A model generated the notes under the pieces. The model was given only the letters and a program-made list of their open reading frames with translations, was not told the DNA's origin and ran no database searches. This document shows, in pieces, positions 1-11,849 of a stretch of 64,000 bases of DNA. The translations under genes were made by a program, and so were the position numbers. The first letter of the stretch is position 1. Each line of letters begins with the position of its first letter. Source of the DNA: an uncultured Acidobacteriota bacterium (GTDB lineage Bacteria; Acidobacteriota; UBA6911); assembly GCA_963827655.1 (NCBI GenBank), contig CAWHCF010000010.1:224001-288000 (forward strand), written 5' to 3'.

Positions 1-1122
1 ACTGGCACTGTATTCCTGTGGGTCTACGCGCTGGCAAATCCGCTCGGCGGCCGTCTCAGCGACCGCTGGTCGAAGAAGGCGCTGGTCATGGGCGCGATCC
101 TCTCCTGGAGTGTCTGCACATTGATGATTGGGGTTACCCAGTCTCCCTCGGGGCTGCTTGCCTGGCGGGCGGCTCTGGCTTTCGCGCAAGCCCTGTATTT
201 TCCCGCTGCCGTCGCCTTGATCAGCAACCTGCACTCCGAATACACGCGTTCAACGGCGCTCTCGCTGCATGGTAGCGCCCAGTTCGTCGGCGTGATTTTT
301 GGCGGCTGGTATGGCGGTTTCGCGACCGAAGCGCTCGGCTGGCGCTGGATGTTGTGGATCCTGGCTGCTGCCGGTACCGCCTACGGTCTGGTTCTCTATT
401 TCCGCCTTGAAGACAAGCAGCCGCCTGCGCGAACCGCGACTCCGTCTACCGTCGATAATGAGTCCGGTTCGACGGGCGTGTTCACGCCGACTTATCTGGC
501 GCTTTGCATCAGTTTTTTCGCTATCTGCGCGATGATATGGCTGATCTATGCCTGGCTCCCCGACATTGTGCGCGAGAGGTTCAACTTGCCGCTGGGAACG
601 GCGGGCCTGGTCGCGACGGCATACGCCCAGGTTGCTATGATCGCCGGCCTCGTTTGCGCCGCTCCGCTCGGGGATTGGCTGATGAAACAGACCAAGCGCG
701 GCCGCCTTTATGTGATGCTGGTCGGGCTGATCGTCTGTTCGCCATTTCTCCATATCCTCGTGCGCTGCCAGACGCTCGAAGGAGTGCGACTGGCCGCTCT
801 GGGCTACGGCTTTTTCACAGGTCTCTTCACGGCCAATTTTCTCGCCTGTGTCTTCGACGTCGTTCCCAAGGAAAAGCGAGGCTTCGCCGCCGGTTTTGCC
901 AACATGATCGGCGGGATCGCAGGCGGATTGTCGGCCTACCTGGTGGGGTTGCTGAAAGGCCGGTACTCGGTCGAAGTAATGTTCAGCGTCGCGGCCGGTT
1001 TCGGGATCGTCTCCGCCATCCTGCTTCTCGCGACGGTCTGGCTGCTGTTTCTTCGCGATTACGGCAGGGCGCACCCCGAGATGGCGCCGGCGGCGGCTGG
1101 AAGCCGGGGGCTGGACCGGTAA
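1..1122 (+). CDS. MFS transporter (5' partial)
   Basis: Frame is open from base 1 (TGTVFLWVYALANPLGGRLSDRWSKK, MFS motif A); many TM helices; second motif GDWLMK. Confidence 0.9.
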   Translation, partial: TGTVFLWVYALANPLGGRLSDRWSKKALVMGAILSWSVCTLMIGVTQSPSGLLAWRAALAFAQALYFPAAVALISNLHSEYTRSTALSLHGSAQFVGVIFGGWYGGFATEALGWRWMLWILAAAGTAYGLVLYFRLEDKQPPARTATPSTVDNESGSTGVFTPTYLALCISFFAICAMIWLIYAWLPDIVRERFNLPLGTAGLVATAYAQVAMIAGLVCAAPLGDWLMKQTKRGRLYVMLVGLIVCSPFLHILVRCQTLEGVRLAALGYGFFTGLFTANFLACVFDVVPKEKRGFAAGFANMIGGIAGGLSAYLVGLLKGRYSVEVMFSVAAGFGIVSAILLLATVWLLFLRDYGRAHPEMAPAAAGSRGLDR

Positions 1123-1187
1123 ACAAAGTGTTCCTGGCTTTGTCAGGCATCATTAACCACGAAGACACGAAGACGCAAAGGCGCTGA

Positions 1188-2000
1188 ATGGACAAACGTT
1201 TGTTGTTCGAAGAGCTCACGCGTGAAGAAGCCCGCGCCATCGCTGCCGAGACCTTGGCCGTCTTGCCGATCGGCGCTGTAGAACAGCACGGGCCGCACCT
1301 GCCGGTCGGCACCGACTTTCTAACCATTGACCACCTGGCCCGCACGGCCGCCGCCCGCGCCGCTGAAGAAATTCCCGTCATCGTCACTCCGACCATGCCG
1401 TTCGGCTCGTCTCACCACCACCTGCCCTTCGGCGGGACAATGTCTCTTTCAACCCGGACTTGTTATCAGGTTCTCTACGATCTGGCGGAGTCGCTGGTTG
1501 CCGGTGGCTTCCGCAGCATCTTTATTCTCAACGGCCACGGCGGCAATCACGAGGTCGCCCAGCTTGTGGCTCGCGATCTTGCACTGAAACACCCGGCGCA
1601 CCTTGCCGCCGCGTCGTACTGGACCATCGCATGGGATGCCCTGATCGAAGAAGGCGCTCACGTTGCCGGACGCCTTCCGGGCCATTCGGGAGCGTACGAG
1701 ACTTCGCAGATGCTCGCTCTCAGGCCCGACCTCGTCCGGCGCCCGCTTCCCGCGCGAGCCGGAGCGTCCGGTTCCAATCCCCGCAGCCTCAATCGCCCCT
1801 ATCGTGCCGAGCGACCCGGGTTCTGGCAAAGCATCGACGGATACAGCGACAGCCCGGACCGTGCCGATGCGGAGCGGGGCCGGGCGTACCTCGACGCCGT
1901 GGCGCGCTCGGTAGCAAACGCGCTGGTCGAATTCCACAAGGGAAGCCGCGCTAAACAAAAACGAACCTCGAAGACGCGAAGAAACGCCAAGAATAAATGA
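1188..2000 (+). CDS. Creatininase family amidohydrolase
   Basis: LPIGAVEQHGPHLPVGTD, NGHGGN and GHSGAYETS motifs. Confidence 0.9.
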   Translation: MDKRLLFEELTREEARAIAAETLAVLPIGAVEQHGPHLPVGTDFLTIDHLARTAAARAAEEIPVIVTPTMPFGSSHHHLPFGGTMSLSTRTCYQVLYDLAESLVAGGFRSIFILNGHGGNHEVAQLVARDLALKHPAHLAAASYWTIAWDALIEEGAHVAGRLPGHSGAYETSQMLALRPDLVRRPLPARAGASGSNPRSLNRPYRAERPGFWQSIDGYSDSPDRADAERGRAYLDAVARSVANALVEFHKGSRAKQKRTSKTRRNAKNK

Positions 2001-2052
2001 GACCAACTTGGGCTAGAATGAACCGCGGTCTCCTGTGCGGCGAGGTTCTACA

Positions 2053-4512
2053 ATGTCAAACTCAGTCAGCGGCTCGCTAACCCCATCGATACGGTTCTGG
2101 GGTGAGCAATTAGTGCGCGATATCCGTTACGGGATTCGAAATCTGGCGAAGAACCCGGGGTTCGCAGCCGTAGCAATTCTCTCGCTGGCGCTGGGGATCA
2201 TGGCCACCACGGCCATGTACAGCGTAATCTACGGGGTGGTTCTGAACCCGTTCCCATACAAGGACGTGGACAGCTTGATGAGTGTAAAAGTCTGGGAACC
2301 GGGGCAGCGCGGGTGGCGGCTTTACTACTCGACCGACCAGTTCCTGGAGATCGCGGAACGCGCCACCATTTTTGACGGCGTGATCGCCTCGACTATCAGC
2401 GACGTGCTTCGGTCCGGAGAGGGAGAACCGCAGCGCCTGCGCGGGAACCACGTCACGACCAATACCTTCCAGGTTCTTGGGGTCCCTCCGCTCCTCGGCC
2501 GGGCGATCACTCCCGCCGATGGGGCGCCGGATGCGCCTGCCGTCTGCGTTCTGGGGTATCGCTTCTGGCAGCGGCAGTTCGGTGGCGATCCCGGCGTGCT
2601 GGGCCGCGAGCTGCGCCTGAACGACAGGGTACACACGGTCGTCGGCGTCATGCCGCGCCGGTTCATGTGGCGTGGCGCCGACGTTTACCTTCCGATCGTG
2701 TTCCGGCGCGGACAGGTTGTGGAAGGGGTCCGTTTCGTGCACCTCCTGGGCCGGCTGAAACGTGGAGTCACCGAAGCCCAGGTGGAAACAGACCTGCAGC
2801 CCATCATCGAAGATCTCAAGCGCCGGGAACCGGCGGCTTTTCCCGAGAAGTTTCGCGTCGGCCTGCTCTCATTCAAAGAGACCTTCCCCAGCGGCATCCG
2901 GGAATTGCTGTGGATCCTTTTCGGCGCGGTCGGCCTTCTGCTGCTGATTGCCTGCGCTAACGTTTCCAACCTGCTGCTCTCCAAGGCGGCTTCACGCCAA
3001 AGGGAAATGGCTCTGCGGGCGGCGCTCGGCGCCGGGCGCGGCCGGCTTGTCCGCCAGCTCCTCACTGAAAGCCTCACCCTGGCGCTGGCGGGAGGCGCCC
3101 TCGGGGTCGCGCTGGCCTATGCTGGATTGGGCGTCATCATCGCTCTGGTACCGCCCGGTACCATTCCCGACGAGTCGGAGATCGTCGTCAACCTGCCGGT
3201 GTTGCTTTTTTCGCTGGCCGTGTCCACGGCGACTTCATTGCTGTTCGGGCTGGCGCCGGCTCTTCATGCCTGCACCCGCGACCTGGCCAACCCGCTGAAG
3301 GACTCGAGCCGGGGCATCAGCGGCGGGCTTCGGCGGGCGCTTCTGCGCCACAGCCTTGTGGTAGCGGAAGTGGCGTTGTCGCTCGTGCTGCTGGTGGGTG
3401 CCAGCCTCATGATTCGCACGCTGTTCGCCGTCCGGGCGCTCGATTTCGGCTTCCACCCGGAACGCCTGCTCACGATGCGGATCCCGCTCCCCGAAAAGCG
3501 CTACCCGGACCCAGTCCGCCGCGGCGCTTTCTTCCAGGAGTTGCTTCCCCGTGTCGCCGCAGTGCCGGGTGTAGTGTCGGTTGGGCTGAATACCTGGATT
3601 CATCCCCTGGGTAATTGGTCGCTTCCGGTAGAGATGGTGGGCGAAGCGCAGATGGACACGCGGCGCACTCTGGTTCACCAGGTTAACCCGGGCTATCCTG
3701 AAACCCTCGGTATTCGGTTCCTTCAGGGCCGGATGTTCAGCGAAAGCGAAGTCGGAAACAAGCAGCGCCTGGCTGTAGTCAACCAGGCGTTCGTAAACCG
3801 GTATAGCGCCGGCCGCGATCCCATCGGGCGGCTCATCCGCATTCCGCGGCTGAAGGAACCGCCCTTTGGCGTGGCCGAGCCCTCCTTCCAGATCGTCGGT
3901 GTGGTCAAGGATGTGATGAACGACGACAACCGGACCGAGCCAGAGATTTACCTGCCTTACACCTTGACGGGCTCCGCCGATAACCTGATCGTCCTCACCC
4001 AGGGCAATCCGTCTGCCCTCGCCCAGGCAGTTCGGGCGCAGGTGTATGAATTGGACAAGGACCAGCCGGTGATGAACGTAAAGACCGTCGAACAGGTGCT
4101 GGATGAAGAGATGTTCTCGTACGCGCGCTTTCAAGTTGTTTTGTTTTCGGTCTTCGCCGGCCTCGGGCTGGCGCTGGCCGTCATCGGAGTCTACGGACTG
4201 ATCTCCCATTCGGTGGCCCAGCGTACCCAGGAAATTGGCGTTCGCATCGCTCTTGGAGCCAGCCTGGGAGACATCATCCGGATGGTGATGGCCGGCGGGT
4301 GCCGCCAACTCCTGATAGGGGTGGCGCTGGGACTGGCGGGGAGCGCCGCCGCCACGCGCGTTGTCGCGCAATATATCGCTGTTTCTCGATGGGATCCGAT
4401 TTCCTTTGCGGGGGTGGCAGTTTTGTTGTTTGCGGCTGGTATGGCCGCCTGCTACTGGCCCGCTCTTCGCGCATCTCGTGTGGATCCCGTGACAGCGCTG
4501 CGCCATGAATGA
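2053..4512 (+). CDS. ABC permease, MacB/FtsX duplicated (ADOP, acidobacterial orphan permease)
   Basis: DIRYGIRNLAKNPGF, LLLIACANVSNLLL, REMALRAALGAGRGRL, EIGVRIALGA, C-terminal VDPVTALRHE; start uncertain (2035 or 2053). Confidence 0.92.
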   Translation: MSNSVSGSLTPSIRFWGEQLVRDIRYGIRNLAKNPGFAAVAILSLALGIMATTAMYSVIYGVVLNPFPYKDVDSLMSVKVWEPGQRGWRLYYSTDQFLEIAERATIFDGVIASTISDVLRSGEGEPQRLRGNHVTTNTFQVLGVPPLLGRAITPADGAPDAPAVCVLGYRFWQRQFGGDPGVLGRELRLNDRVHTVVGVMPRRFMWRGADVYLPIVFRRGQVVEGVRFVHLLGRLKRGVTEAQVETDLQPIIEDLKRREPAAFPEKFRVGLLSFKETFPSGIRELLWILFGAVGLLLLIACANVSNLLLSKAASRQREMALRAALGAGRGRLVRQLLTESLTLALAGGALGVALAYAGLGVIIALVPPGTIPDESEIVVNLPVLLFSLAVSTATSLLFGLAPALHACTRDLANPLKDSSRGISGGLRRALLRHSLVVAEVALSLVLLVGASLMIRTLFAVRALDFGFHPERLLTMRIPLPEKRYPDPVRRGAFFQELLPRVAAVPGVVSVGLNTWIHPLGNWSLPVEMVGEAQMDTRRTLVHQVNPGYPETLGIRFLQGRMFSESEVGNKQRLAVVNQAFVNRYSAGRDPIGRLIRIPRLKEPPFGVAEPSFQIVGVVKDVMNDDNRTEPEIYLPYTLTGSADNLIVLTQGNPSALAQAVRAQVYELDKDQPVMNVKTVEQVLDEEMFSYARFQVVLFSVFAGLGLALAVIGVYGLISHSVAQRTQEIGVRIALGASLGDIIRMVMAGGCRQLLIGVALGLAGSAAATRVVAQYIAVSRWDPISFAGVAVLLFAAGMAACYWPALRASRVDPVTALRHE

Positions 4513-4567
4513 GGTTGTCTTGGTGTCTTCGCTTCTTTGTGATAGATCTTCCGCTATGAGGTGACTC

Positions 4568-5491
4568 GTGAATAGACGAAGGCTCTTGCTCACGGCTTCC
4601 GGGGTGGTAGGTGCCGCCCTGGCTTCCCGGTGGAGGGCAGCCGAGCTCTACGGAGCCAAGCTGCACTTCAAGTATTCCATCTGCAACGAAGTGTTTGAAA
4701 AGTGGGAGTTCGCGGCGCAGTGCCGTGCCATCAAGGCCGCAGGTTATGAGGGCGTGGAGATCGCTCCTTTCACTCTGGCCGACCATCTCGACGAGATCAG
4801 CGCGGCCCGGCGCCGTGAGTTGAGCAACATCATGCGCTCCGAAGGTATTCAATTCGCAGGGCTCCACTGGCTGCTTATCACGCCGAAGTGGCTGCACATT
4901 ACCACGGCGGACCGCGCGATCCGTGAAAAGTCGTGGGCTTATTTCAAGCAGCTGATCGACTTCTGCGCCGACCTGGGCGACAAGGGCATTATGGTCCTCG
5001 GGTCGCCGAAACAGCGGGCTTCTCAGGGCAGCTCGGCCGAAGAGGCGACCAAGCATCTGAAAGAGGGACTGGCCAAAGTCGCGCCTCATGCCGGAGAGCG
5101 AGGAATCACGATTCTGATCGAGCCTCTCGCAGGCAAAGATACCGATGTCGTGAACACGCTCGATCAGGCGGTCCGCATGGTCGAGGAGATCCGCCATCCC
5201 GCCATCCAGACGATGTTCGATTTTCACAATACGCCCGATGAGCGAGAGCCGCTCGATAAGCTGGTGAGACGCCACTTCTCCCGGATTCGTCACATCCACG
5301 TGAATGAGATGGATGGCCGGTACCCCGGGACCGGCAACCTCGACTTTCGTCCGGTGTTTCAGGTTCTTGCGGACTTGAAGTTCTCCCGCTGGGTTTCGCT
5401 CGAGGTGTTCGACTTCAAACCCAGTCCCGAGCATATTGCCAAAGCCTCGATGGAGTATTTTCGAAAGTTGGAAGCAAAATTGAAACTGTGA
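4568..5491 (+). CDS. Sugar phosphate isomerase/epimerase (AP endonuclease 2 TIM barrel) with Tat-like signal
   Basis: NRRRLL N-terminus; GYEGVEI, IEPL, DFHN, HIHVNE, SLEVF metal ligands. Confidence 0.85.
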   Translation: MNRRRLLLTASGVVGAALASRWRAAELYGAKLHFKYSICNEVFEKWEFAAQCRAIKAAGYEGVEIAPFTLADHLDEISAARRRELSNIMRSEGIQFAGLHWLLITPKWLHITTADRAIREKSWAYFKQLIDFCADLGDKGIMVLGSPKQRASQGSSAEEATKHLKEGLAKVAPHAGERGITILIEPLAGKDTDVVNTLDQAVRMVEEIRHPAIQTMFDFHNTPDEREPLDKLVRRHFSRIRHIHVNEMDGRYPGTGNLDFRPVFQVLADLKFSRWVSLEVFDFKPSPEHIAKASMEYFRKLEAKLKL

Positions 5492-5493
5492 AT

Positions 5494-5712
5494 ATTCACG
5501 ATTTACGATTGACGATTGACGATTTGAAAAACGGATCGCGTTTGCGGTATACTTTCTTGGAGTTTCTATGTCTATACCTGAACTCCTGATCACGCATTCG
5601 ACAAGGTAATGAGTGGCGCTGCTTCAAATGACAACTTACGATTGACGATTGAGGATTGAGATTGGAAGACCGGAGACGTTATGGTCAATCGTCAATCGTC
5701 AATCGTCAATCG
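5494..5712. repeat. 7-bp tandem repeat arrays (GATTGAC / GTCAATC) forming inverted pairs
   Basis: acgattgacgattgacgatt at ~5505-5525 and ~5638-5660; tcaatcgtcaatcgtcaatcgtcaatcg at ~5685-5712. Confidence 0.85.
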
Positions 5713-5716
5713 TTGA

Positions 5717-6701
5717 TCGGTCGTCGGCAGCTACCCCGTCCCATCCTGGCTGGTGGGGAACACTTCGCGCGTGGTGCTGCGCGATGCCATCATGACGGTG
5801 CTGAAAACGCAGGAGCTGGCGGGACTCGACGTCATCAGCGACGGCGAACTGCAGCGCTTCGATCCCGGCCATCCCGAAACCAACGGGATGATCGACTATT
5901 TTGTTTCTCAGATGGAGGGGATCCAGACGCGCTTCTCGAAGGCGGACCTGGACCGCTTTCGTTCCGACCAGGCGCTGCAGTATCGCGCGGCTCCCGCCGG
6001 ACTGGTGTTCGGCAAGGTCGGGAGCGGAACGCTCAATCTTCGAAATGACTACCAGCTGGCCCGCGCGCTCACGCCCCGCCCGCTCAAGTTCACCTGCACC
6101 GGGCCGCATATGCTTTCGAAAGTTTTGACCAACAGTTACTATCGCGACCAGGCCGAGCTGGCCATGGACATCGCGGGAGTGCTGCGCGATCAACTGGAGC
6201 CGATCGATGCCGCGGTGGTCCAGCTCGATGAGGCCAACATCAGCGGTCATCCGGAAGACAGCGAATGGGCCATCCAGGCAATCAACCACGTTCTGGATGG
6301 CATCCGGGTGGAGAAGGCGGTTCACATCTGCTTCGGCAATTACGCGGGACAGACCAGTTCAAAAGGGCTTCTGGCGGGAGTTGATCCCCTTCCTGAACTC
6401 TTTGCGAACGAATCACGTGGTGCTTGAATTCGCGCGCCGTGGCTACGGGGAACTGACCGATTTCGTCGGGCTCGACCCCAAAATCGCCCTGGGGATCGGT
6501 GTCGTCGACATAAAGGACAACGAAGTGGAAAACCCCGATCTCATAGCGCGCCGCATCGAACAAATTGTGAAAACCCTCGGCGAGGGGAGGCTGCGATATA
6601 TTCATCCAGACTGCGGCTTGTGGATGCTGCAGCGCAGCGTTGCCGATCGAAAGCTGCGCGCTCTGGTAGAAGGGAGAGATCTCTTTGAAGCCCGGACTTA
6701 G
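5717..6701 (+). CDS. Cobalamin-independent methionine synthase II family (MetE C-terminal-like), frameshift near 6360
   Basis: SVVGSYP, GLDVISDGE, VQLDEA, VHICFGN, LEFA, HPDCGL zinc ligands; split over ORFs 5753-6427 and 6207-6701; true start unclear. Confidence 0.85.
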
Positions 6702-6731
6702 AGATCACGCGCCGCGCTCTGCTCGGCGGCC

Positions 6732-7856
6732 ATGACCGCGGCGCCCTTCAGCCGGATCATGCGAGCTGCAGGCTCCGAGTATCGGCGTCTTCGAGACGAG
6801 GTCACGGGCGCTACCGTGCACCAGCTCACCTCGCATCAGTCTATCAATCATCCTACTTACTTCTTGACCTCTTCGTTCACGCCGGACCGCAAATACGTGA
6901 TCTTTACTTCGTATCGTTCGGGCGCGCCGCAGTTGTATGAGCTTGAATTCCCTGACGGTCCGATGCGGCAGCTGACGAAGGTGGAAGGGCTGCACCCCTA
7001 TTCGGCCACGATCTCGCGGGATGGAAGCGAGATCTACTTCACGCGAAAGGGAAGCGTCGACGCCTTGCGGCGGAAGGATCTGTCGGTCCGAACCCTGCTG
7101 GCGCTCGAGGGGGCGCAGTTCGGCGAATGCAGTCTGAGCCATGACGGCCTGTGGATCGTGACGGCCATGAAGCAAGGCTCGCAGAACGGTGTGGCGCTCG
7201 CCAGCACGGCCGGGAAGACAGGCGGCGTGCTGTGCAGTTTCCCGCGCACCATCATCCATCCGCAATTTCATCCGACCGACAGCAATTGGGTCGAGTTCTC
7301 GGGAGATCCGGCGCCGCGCATGCATCGGGTGCGGCGCGACGGCAGCGGCCTCGAGTGTCTGTACGAGCACGGCAACGACGAGTTCGTCGTGCACGAGACC
7401 TTCCTGGGGCGCACGGGCGACATCGTCTTCACGGTGTGGCCGCGCGCCTTGCGGCGCATGGACTGGAAGACGCGCAAGATAAGCACCATCGCCGAGTTTA
7501 ACGCGTGGCACATCACGCCTAACAAGGCCGGCAGCGCGATCCTGTGCGACACGAATCATCCGGATATCGGGCTGCAGCTCGTGGACGTGGCCACCGGCCG
7601 GAGGCGGACCCTCTGCCACCCGCGCAGCTCGAACGGCGGCAGCCAGTGGAAAAAATCGAGTTATGCGCTGGAAGCGGATTTTGCGGCGGCGCGGCAGGAG
7701 CGCAAGGGAGCGCTGAGCTGGATGGAGATGCCGACCGACACGGTCTACGGCCCGCAATGGACGCACCCGCATCCTTCGTTCAGCCCGGACGAAAAGCTTG
7801 CCGTCTATACCTCCGACGTCTCAGGACACCCGCAGGTCTACGCGGTAGAGCTGTAG
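6732..7856 (+). CDS. Oligogalacturonate lyase family beta-propeller
   Basis: DEVTGATVHQLT, YFLTSSFTPD, HETF, WHITPN, THPHPSFSPD. Confidence 0.75.
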   Translation: MTAAPFSRIMRAAGSEYRRLRDEVTGATVHQLTSHQSINHPTYFLTSSFTPDRKYVIFTSYRSGAPQLYELEFPDGPMRQLTKVEGLHPYSATISRDGSEIYFTRKGSVDALRRKDLSVRTLLALEGAQFGECSLSHDGLWIVTAMKQGSQNGVALASTAGKTGGVLCSFPRTIIHPQFHPTDSNWVEFSGDPAPRMHRVRRDGSGLECLYEHGNDEFVVHETFLGRTGDIVFTVWPRALRRMDWKTRKISTIAEFNAWHITPNKAGSAILCDTNHPDIGLQLVDVATGRRRTLCHPRSSNGGSQWKKSSYALEADFAAARQERKGALSWMEMPTDTVYGPQWTHPHPSFSPDEKLAVYTSDVSGHPQVYAVEL

Positions 7857-8225
7857 CTTCATTCAGCGTGTTCGCGTCTTGGCGGTTGGGTTTTCAAGTC
7901 CTAGCATCTTAGTGGTTGGTGCCGAGGACGCAGAAGTCTATTGACACACGAGTCGCGTGGTCCGATACTCGGACCAGAGTTCATTGATGTTTTGGAACAT
8001 GTGACGGCAGCGAAAGCATCAAGCCGGTAGCGGTTCTCGAAATGACGCCGAGACCCAGCTCGATAGGCTGACCTTCCTGGCACGCAGCCCTGACCGGCCC
8101 TTGCTCGAGGCGGTTGCTCGCCTCAAATCTGTCGAAGGGCGTCTCATGAAATCACGGCCTTAGGATACGCGCACGTGCGCGCAGTGGGTGTTGTGCATTT
8201 CAGTGGCGATGAGCGAGGAGGTTAG

Positions 8226-11200
8226 ATGAAACCATTTGGCTTTGCAGTGATTGCGCGAGTCCTTCCCTTTTTCTTGATCCTGTCTTCCAGCTTCCACAGC
8301 GCTGGGGCAGGGTGAGCGAGGAGCTCTCAACGGCCTCGTAAGTGACATCAGCGGAGCCGTTGTGCCTGGCGCCGAGGTCATGGCGGTCAACAAAGACACC
8401 AGTGTCGAGACCAAAGCGGTCACCACCGATGCGGGCGTTTACCGGCTCCCTTACCTCCCTCCGGGAAACTACAGAGTGACGGCGAGCCTGCCTGGATTCA
8501 AGACGGCGATCGCCGAAACCGTCGTCCTCCACGTCGGCCAGACCCTTACCGTGGACTTCAAGCTCGAAGTCGGTGAGGTGTCCGAGAGAATCACGGTCAT
8601 GGCCGAGACCCCACTGCTCGAGTCAGGCACCGCGGAAGTGAGCCGCTATGTCACAAAGACGGAGTTCGACACCTGGCCGATCGCGGTTGCGGATGGCCAG
8701 CGCCAGATCCAGACGTTCATTTTCTCGAGTCTGCCGGGCACGGTTCGGTGGAACCTTTGAGGGCTCGATCAACGGGGGGCAATACTACTCGCACGAGATC
8801 CTGATCGAGGGAATCCCGCTCGGCCGGTTTGATCTACAGGGGGGAAGCAATAACGAGTTCAGCCCTTCGGCCGACGCGGTCAGTGAGTTCAAACTGCAAA
8901 GCGGAACCATGTCGGCCCAGTACACCGGCGGCCAGACGAGCGTTGCGAATTTTGCGATCAAATCTGGAACCAATGAGCTGCACGGTGCCGCATTCAGCTA
9001 CATCCAGAATGACGCGCTGAGAGCCAACGCTTTCAACAACAATGCCATCAACCGGGAAAGAGCCCCATACAAGCTGTTCAACTGGGGCTACGCCGTCGGG
9101 GGTCCGGTCTACCTCCCGAAGCTTTACGACGGTCGCAACAAGACCTTTTTCTTCACCAATCTCGAGAGCACACGCGTGCGGGATTACAACCCGGGTGGAT
9201 TCATCTCGCTTCCGGTCCCGAGATTCAAGCAGGGGGACTTCAGCCAGCTCTTTGATCCTTCCTTTACGGGAAACACGCGCTCCGGAAGTGTAGTTGGAAC
9301 CGACGCGCTCGGGCGCCCGATCACTTTCGGACAGATCTATGACCCGCGCACGATTCGCCAGGTCGGAGATGCCGTCGTACGCGATCCCTTCCCCGGCAAT
9401 ATCATCCCACAGGCTATGTGGAGTTCCGTCGCGAAGAATATTCTCCAGCAGGCGCCGATTACGGATCCGATCTTCCCGACGATGCTCAACAACTACCCGT
9501 CGATCGGCACCTGCTGCCCGGTGTTCGACGAGAAGATCTTGGCCATCAAGGGGGATCACATTATCAGCTCCAACCACCGCGTGTCGGCCTATTACAACCA
9601 GACGTGGCGGGAGCGCAACAACTCTCCGGGCGGACGCTGGGGTAACCCGCCAGGTACCCCGACCGGGGTCTATCAGCTTCAGAGCACGCCGGGACGGCTC
9701 GCTCGGCTCGCTGAAGACTGGACCATCAACAAGAGCCTCATAAACCATTTCGCGATTGGCTATAACCGGTTCGGTAACTATAACGAGAGCGTGTTCGTCG
9801 ATCAGGGATGGCCCGAAAAGATCGGTCTCCAGAATGTAGATCAGACCCACTTCCCGGTGTTGTTCTTCGACGGGTTGCCGATCCAGGGCGGCGGCATTGG
9901 CGCGGGGGGCCGGCTTGGTTCAGGAAACCGAGGCTTTGGCTACAACGGGAGCTGGATCACCCAGGACGACCTGACTTACATTCGAGGCAGGCACAACTTC
10001 AAGTTCGGGTTCGAGCTGCGGAAGTACTACTACAATAACGTCGGATAAGTCCGGCTCGGGTGACTTCCGATTCGATCCGATCACAACCCAGTTTCCCGGA
10101 TCCAGCGACAGCACTGGGCATGCTTTCGCAAGCTTTCTTCTGGGGGCGGTCCGCAGTACGACCCGCGGAATCAACCCGGACGAACCCCGGATATCGTGTT
10201 GCACAACCCGGATTCTACGCGATGGACGATTGGAAGATCACCCGCAAGCTGACTCTGAACCTCGGGCTTCGCTGGGAGCTCATCAGCGGCTACAACGAGG
10301 TGGTGGGGCGGGAGTCGGGGATCGACCTTGCCGCGCCGAACCCGGGGGCCGGGAACCGTCCGGGGGCGCTCGTCTTCGCCGAAGACCTGGGACGCAAAGG
10401 TTTCCAGGATTGGTACAAAAACATGATAGCGCCCCGGTTCGGCTTCGCCTATGCGGTTTCTGACAGGCTTGTCGTCCGTGGCGGTTACGGCATCACCAAC
10501 ATGCCGTTCGTGACCAATGGATTCTCCTTCCCGGATCTTTTCGGTTATAACGGGAGTATCAGCGTCACTCCGGCGAACACACCACTCCGTTTCGTTCAGG
10601 ATCCCGTGCTGTATCTGGACGATCGCTATCCGGATTTCCCCGGAACGCTGCCGAACAAGGACCCGGCGGGTAAGAACGGCCAGGGGATGATCTACATCGC
10701 GCCCGATTCAAACCGGGTCGGCTACACCCAGAACTACAACCTGGGGATTCAGTTTCAGCTTCCCGCCTCGACGGTGCTCGAGGTCAGCTATCTTGGCAAC
10801 AAGGGAACTCGTCTTGAAGCGAACGGACTCGACCAGCTCGACCAGCTTCCAGTTTCAATGCTGGCGCTCGGCGACAGGCTACTTGAGCCGCTGTCCGCCA
10901 ATCCCGGGCTGGCGCCTCTGCCCTATCCCGGCTTTAACGGGAGAGTGGCCCAGGCGCTGCGCGGGTATCCCCAATACAACGGGATTACCCAGATCTTCGC
11001 GAACTTCGGCACCTCGCACTACGACTCGCTGCAGTTAAGCTTGACGCGACACCTGACGAACGGGCTCGCCGTTCTGGGTGCCTACACCTGGTCAAAAGCG
11101 ATCACGGTCGGGTCCGACAGCGCGATCGACGCGAGGGCTTCTCAGGATGTATATAACCGCGACCTCGAAAAGTCGCTGACGCTCTACCATGTACCCCACT

Positions 11201-11781
11201 TTTTGAAGCTAACCTGGATTTACGACCTCCCCTTCGGAAAGGGGCGGCGGTTTAGCAGCGATAACCGTGCCGTCGATCTTCTGTTGGGAGGTTGGACGGT
11301 TACCGGAATCCACAACTACCGCTCCGGGAATCCGCTCGCTGTGTCAACGAGCGGCTTTACCACCGATGGGATCTTCAACGGCACTTTTCGTCCGGATGTC
11401 GTGGCGGGAGTGCCTCAGATCCTCAATGATAACGCGCCGGTCGGTGTCGGTTCGGGGGGCCCGGGCGATCCCTACCTGAACCCGGCGGCTTTCGCCCAGA
11501 TCCCGCGCTCGCCCAATCAGGTGCCGTTGCGGCTCGGAACGGCGCCGCGTATCCTCGATATTCGTGGCCCGCACCAGTTCAGCGAGGACTTCGGAGTTGG
11601 CAAAAAGTTCAATTTCGACGAAGTCCGGAGCTTCGAGTTGCGCGCGGACTTCTTCAACGCGTTCAACCGGGCCGGACGGGCAGACCCCGTCACCAACATC
11701 ACCAGCCCGCTGTTTGGAAAGATAACCGGATCCCAGCGCGGCCCGCGCAATATCCAGATTGAGATGCGCGTCAACTTCTAG
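8226..11781 (+). CDS. TonB-dependent receptor with carboxypeptidase-regulatory-like N-domain (Oar-like), several frameshifts
   Basis: GGAGG RBS + ATG 8226; LPPGNYRVTASLPGFKT, DAVSEFK, KSGTNELHG, DDWKITRKLTLNLGLRWE, C-terminal RNIQIEMRVNF; shifts near 8290, 8745 and 10045-10170. Confidence 0.88.
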
Positions 11782-11849
11782 AGAACCCTTCTTCGCGTCC
11801 TGGTGGCGAGTCTTTACCTGCTCACCGCCAGGACGCTTCGAGTCCCAAG

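Noticed and set aside
1188-2000. Mycofactocin MftE
   Set aside because: No mftA/B/C or radical SAM neighbours; generic creatininase family
5714-5716. Selenocysteine UGA
   Set aside because: The position is not a Cys site in MetE-like proteins and no convincing SECIS follows
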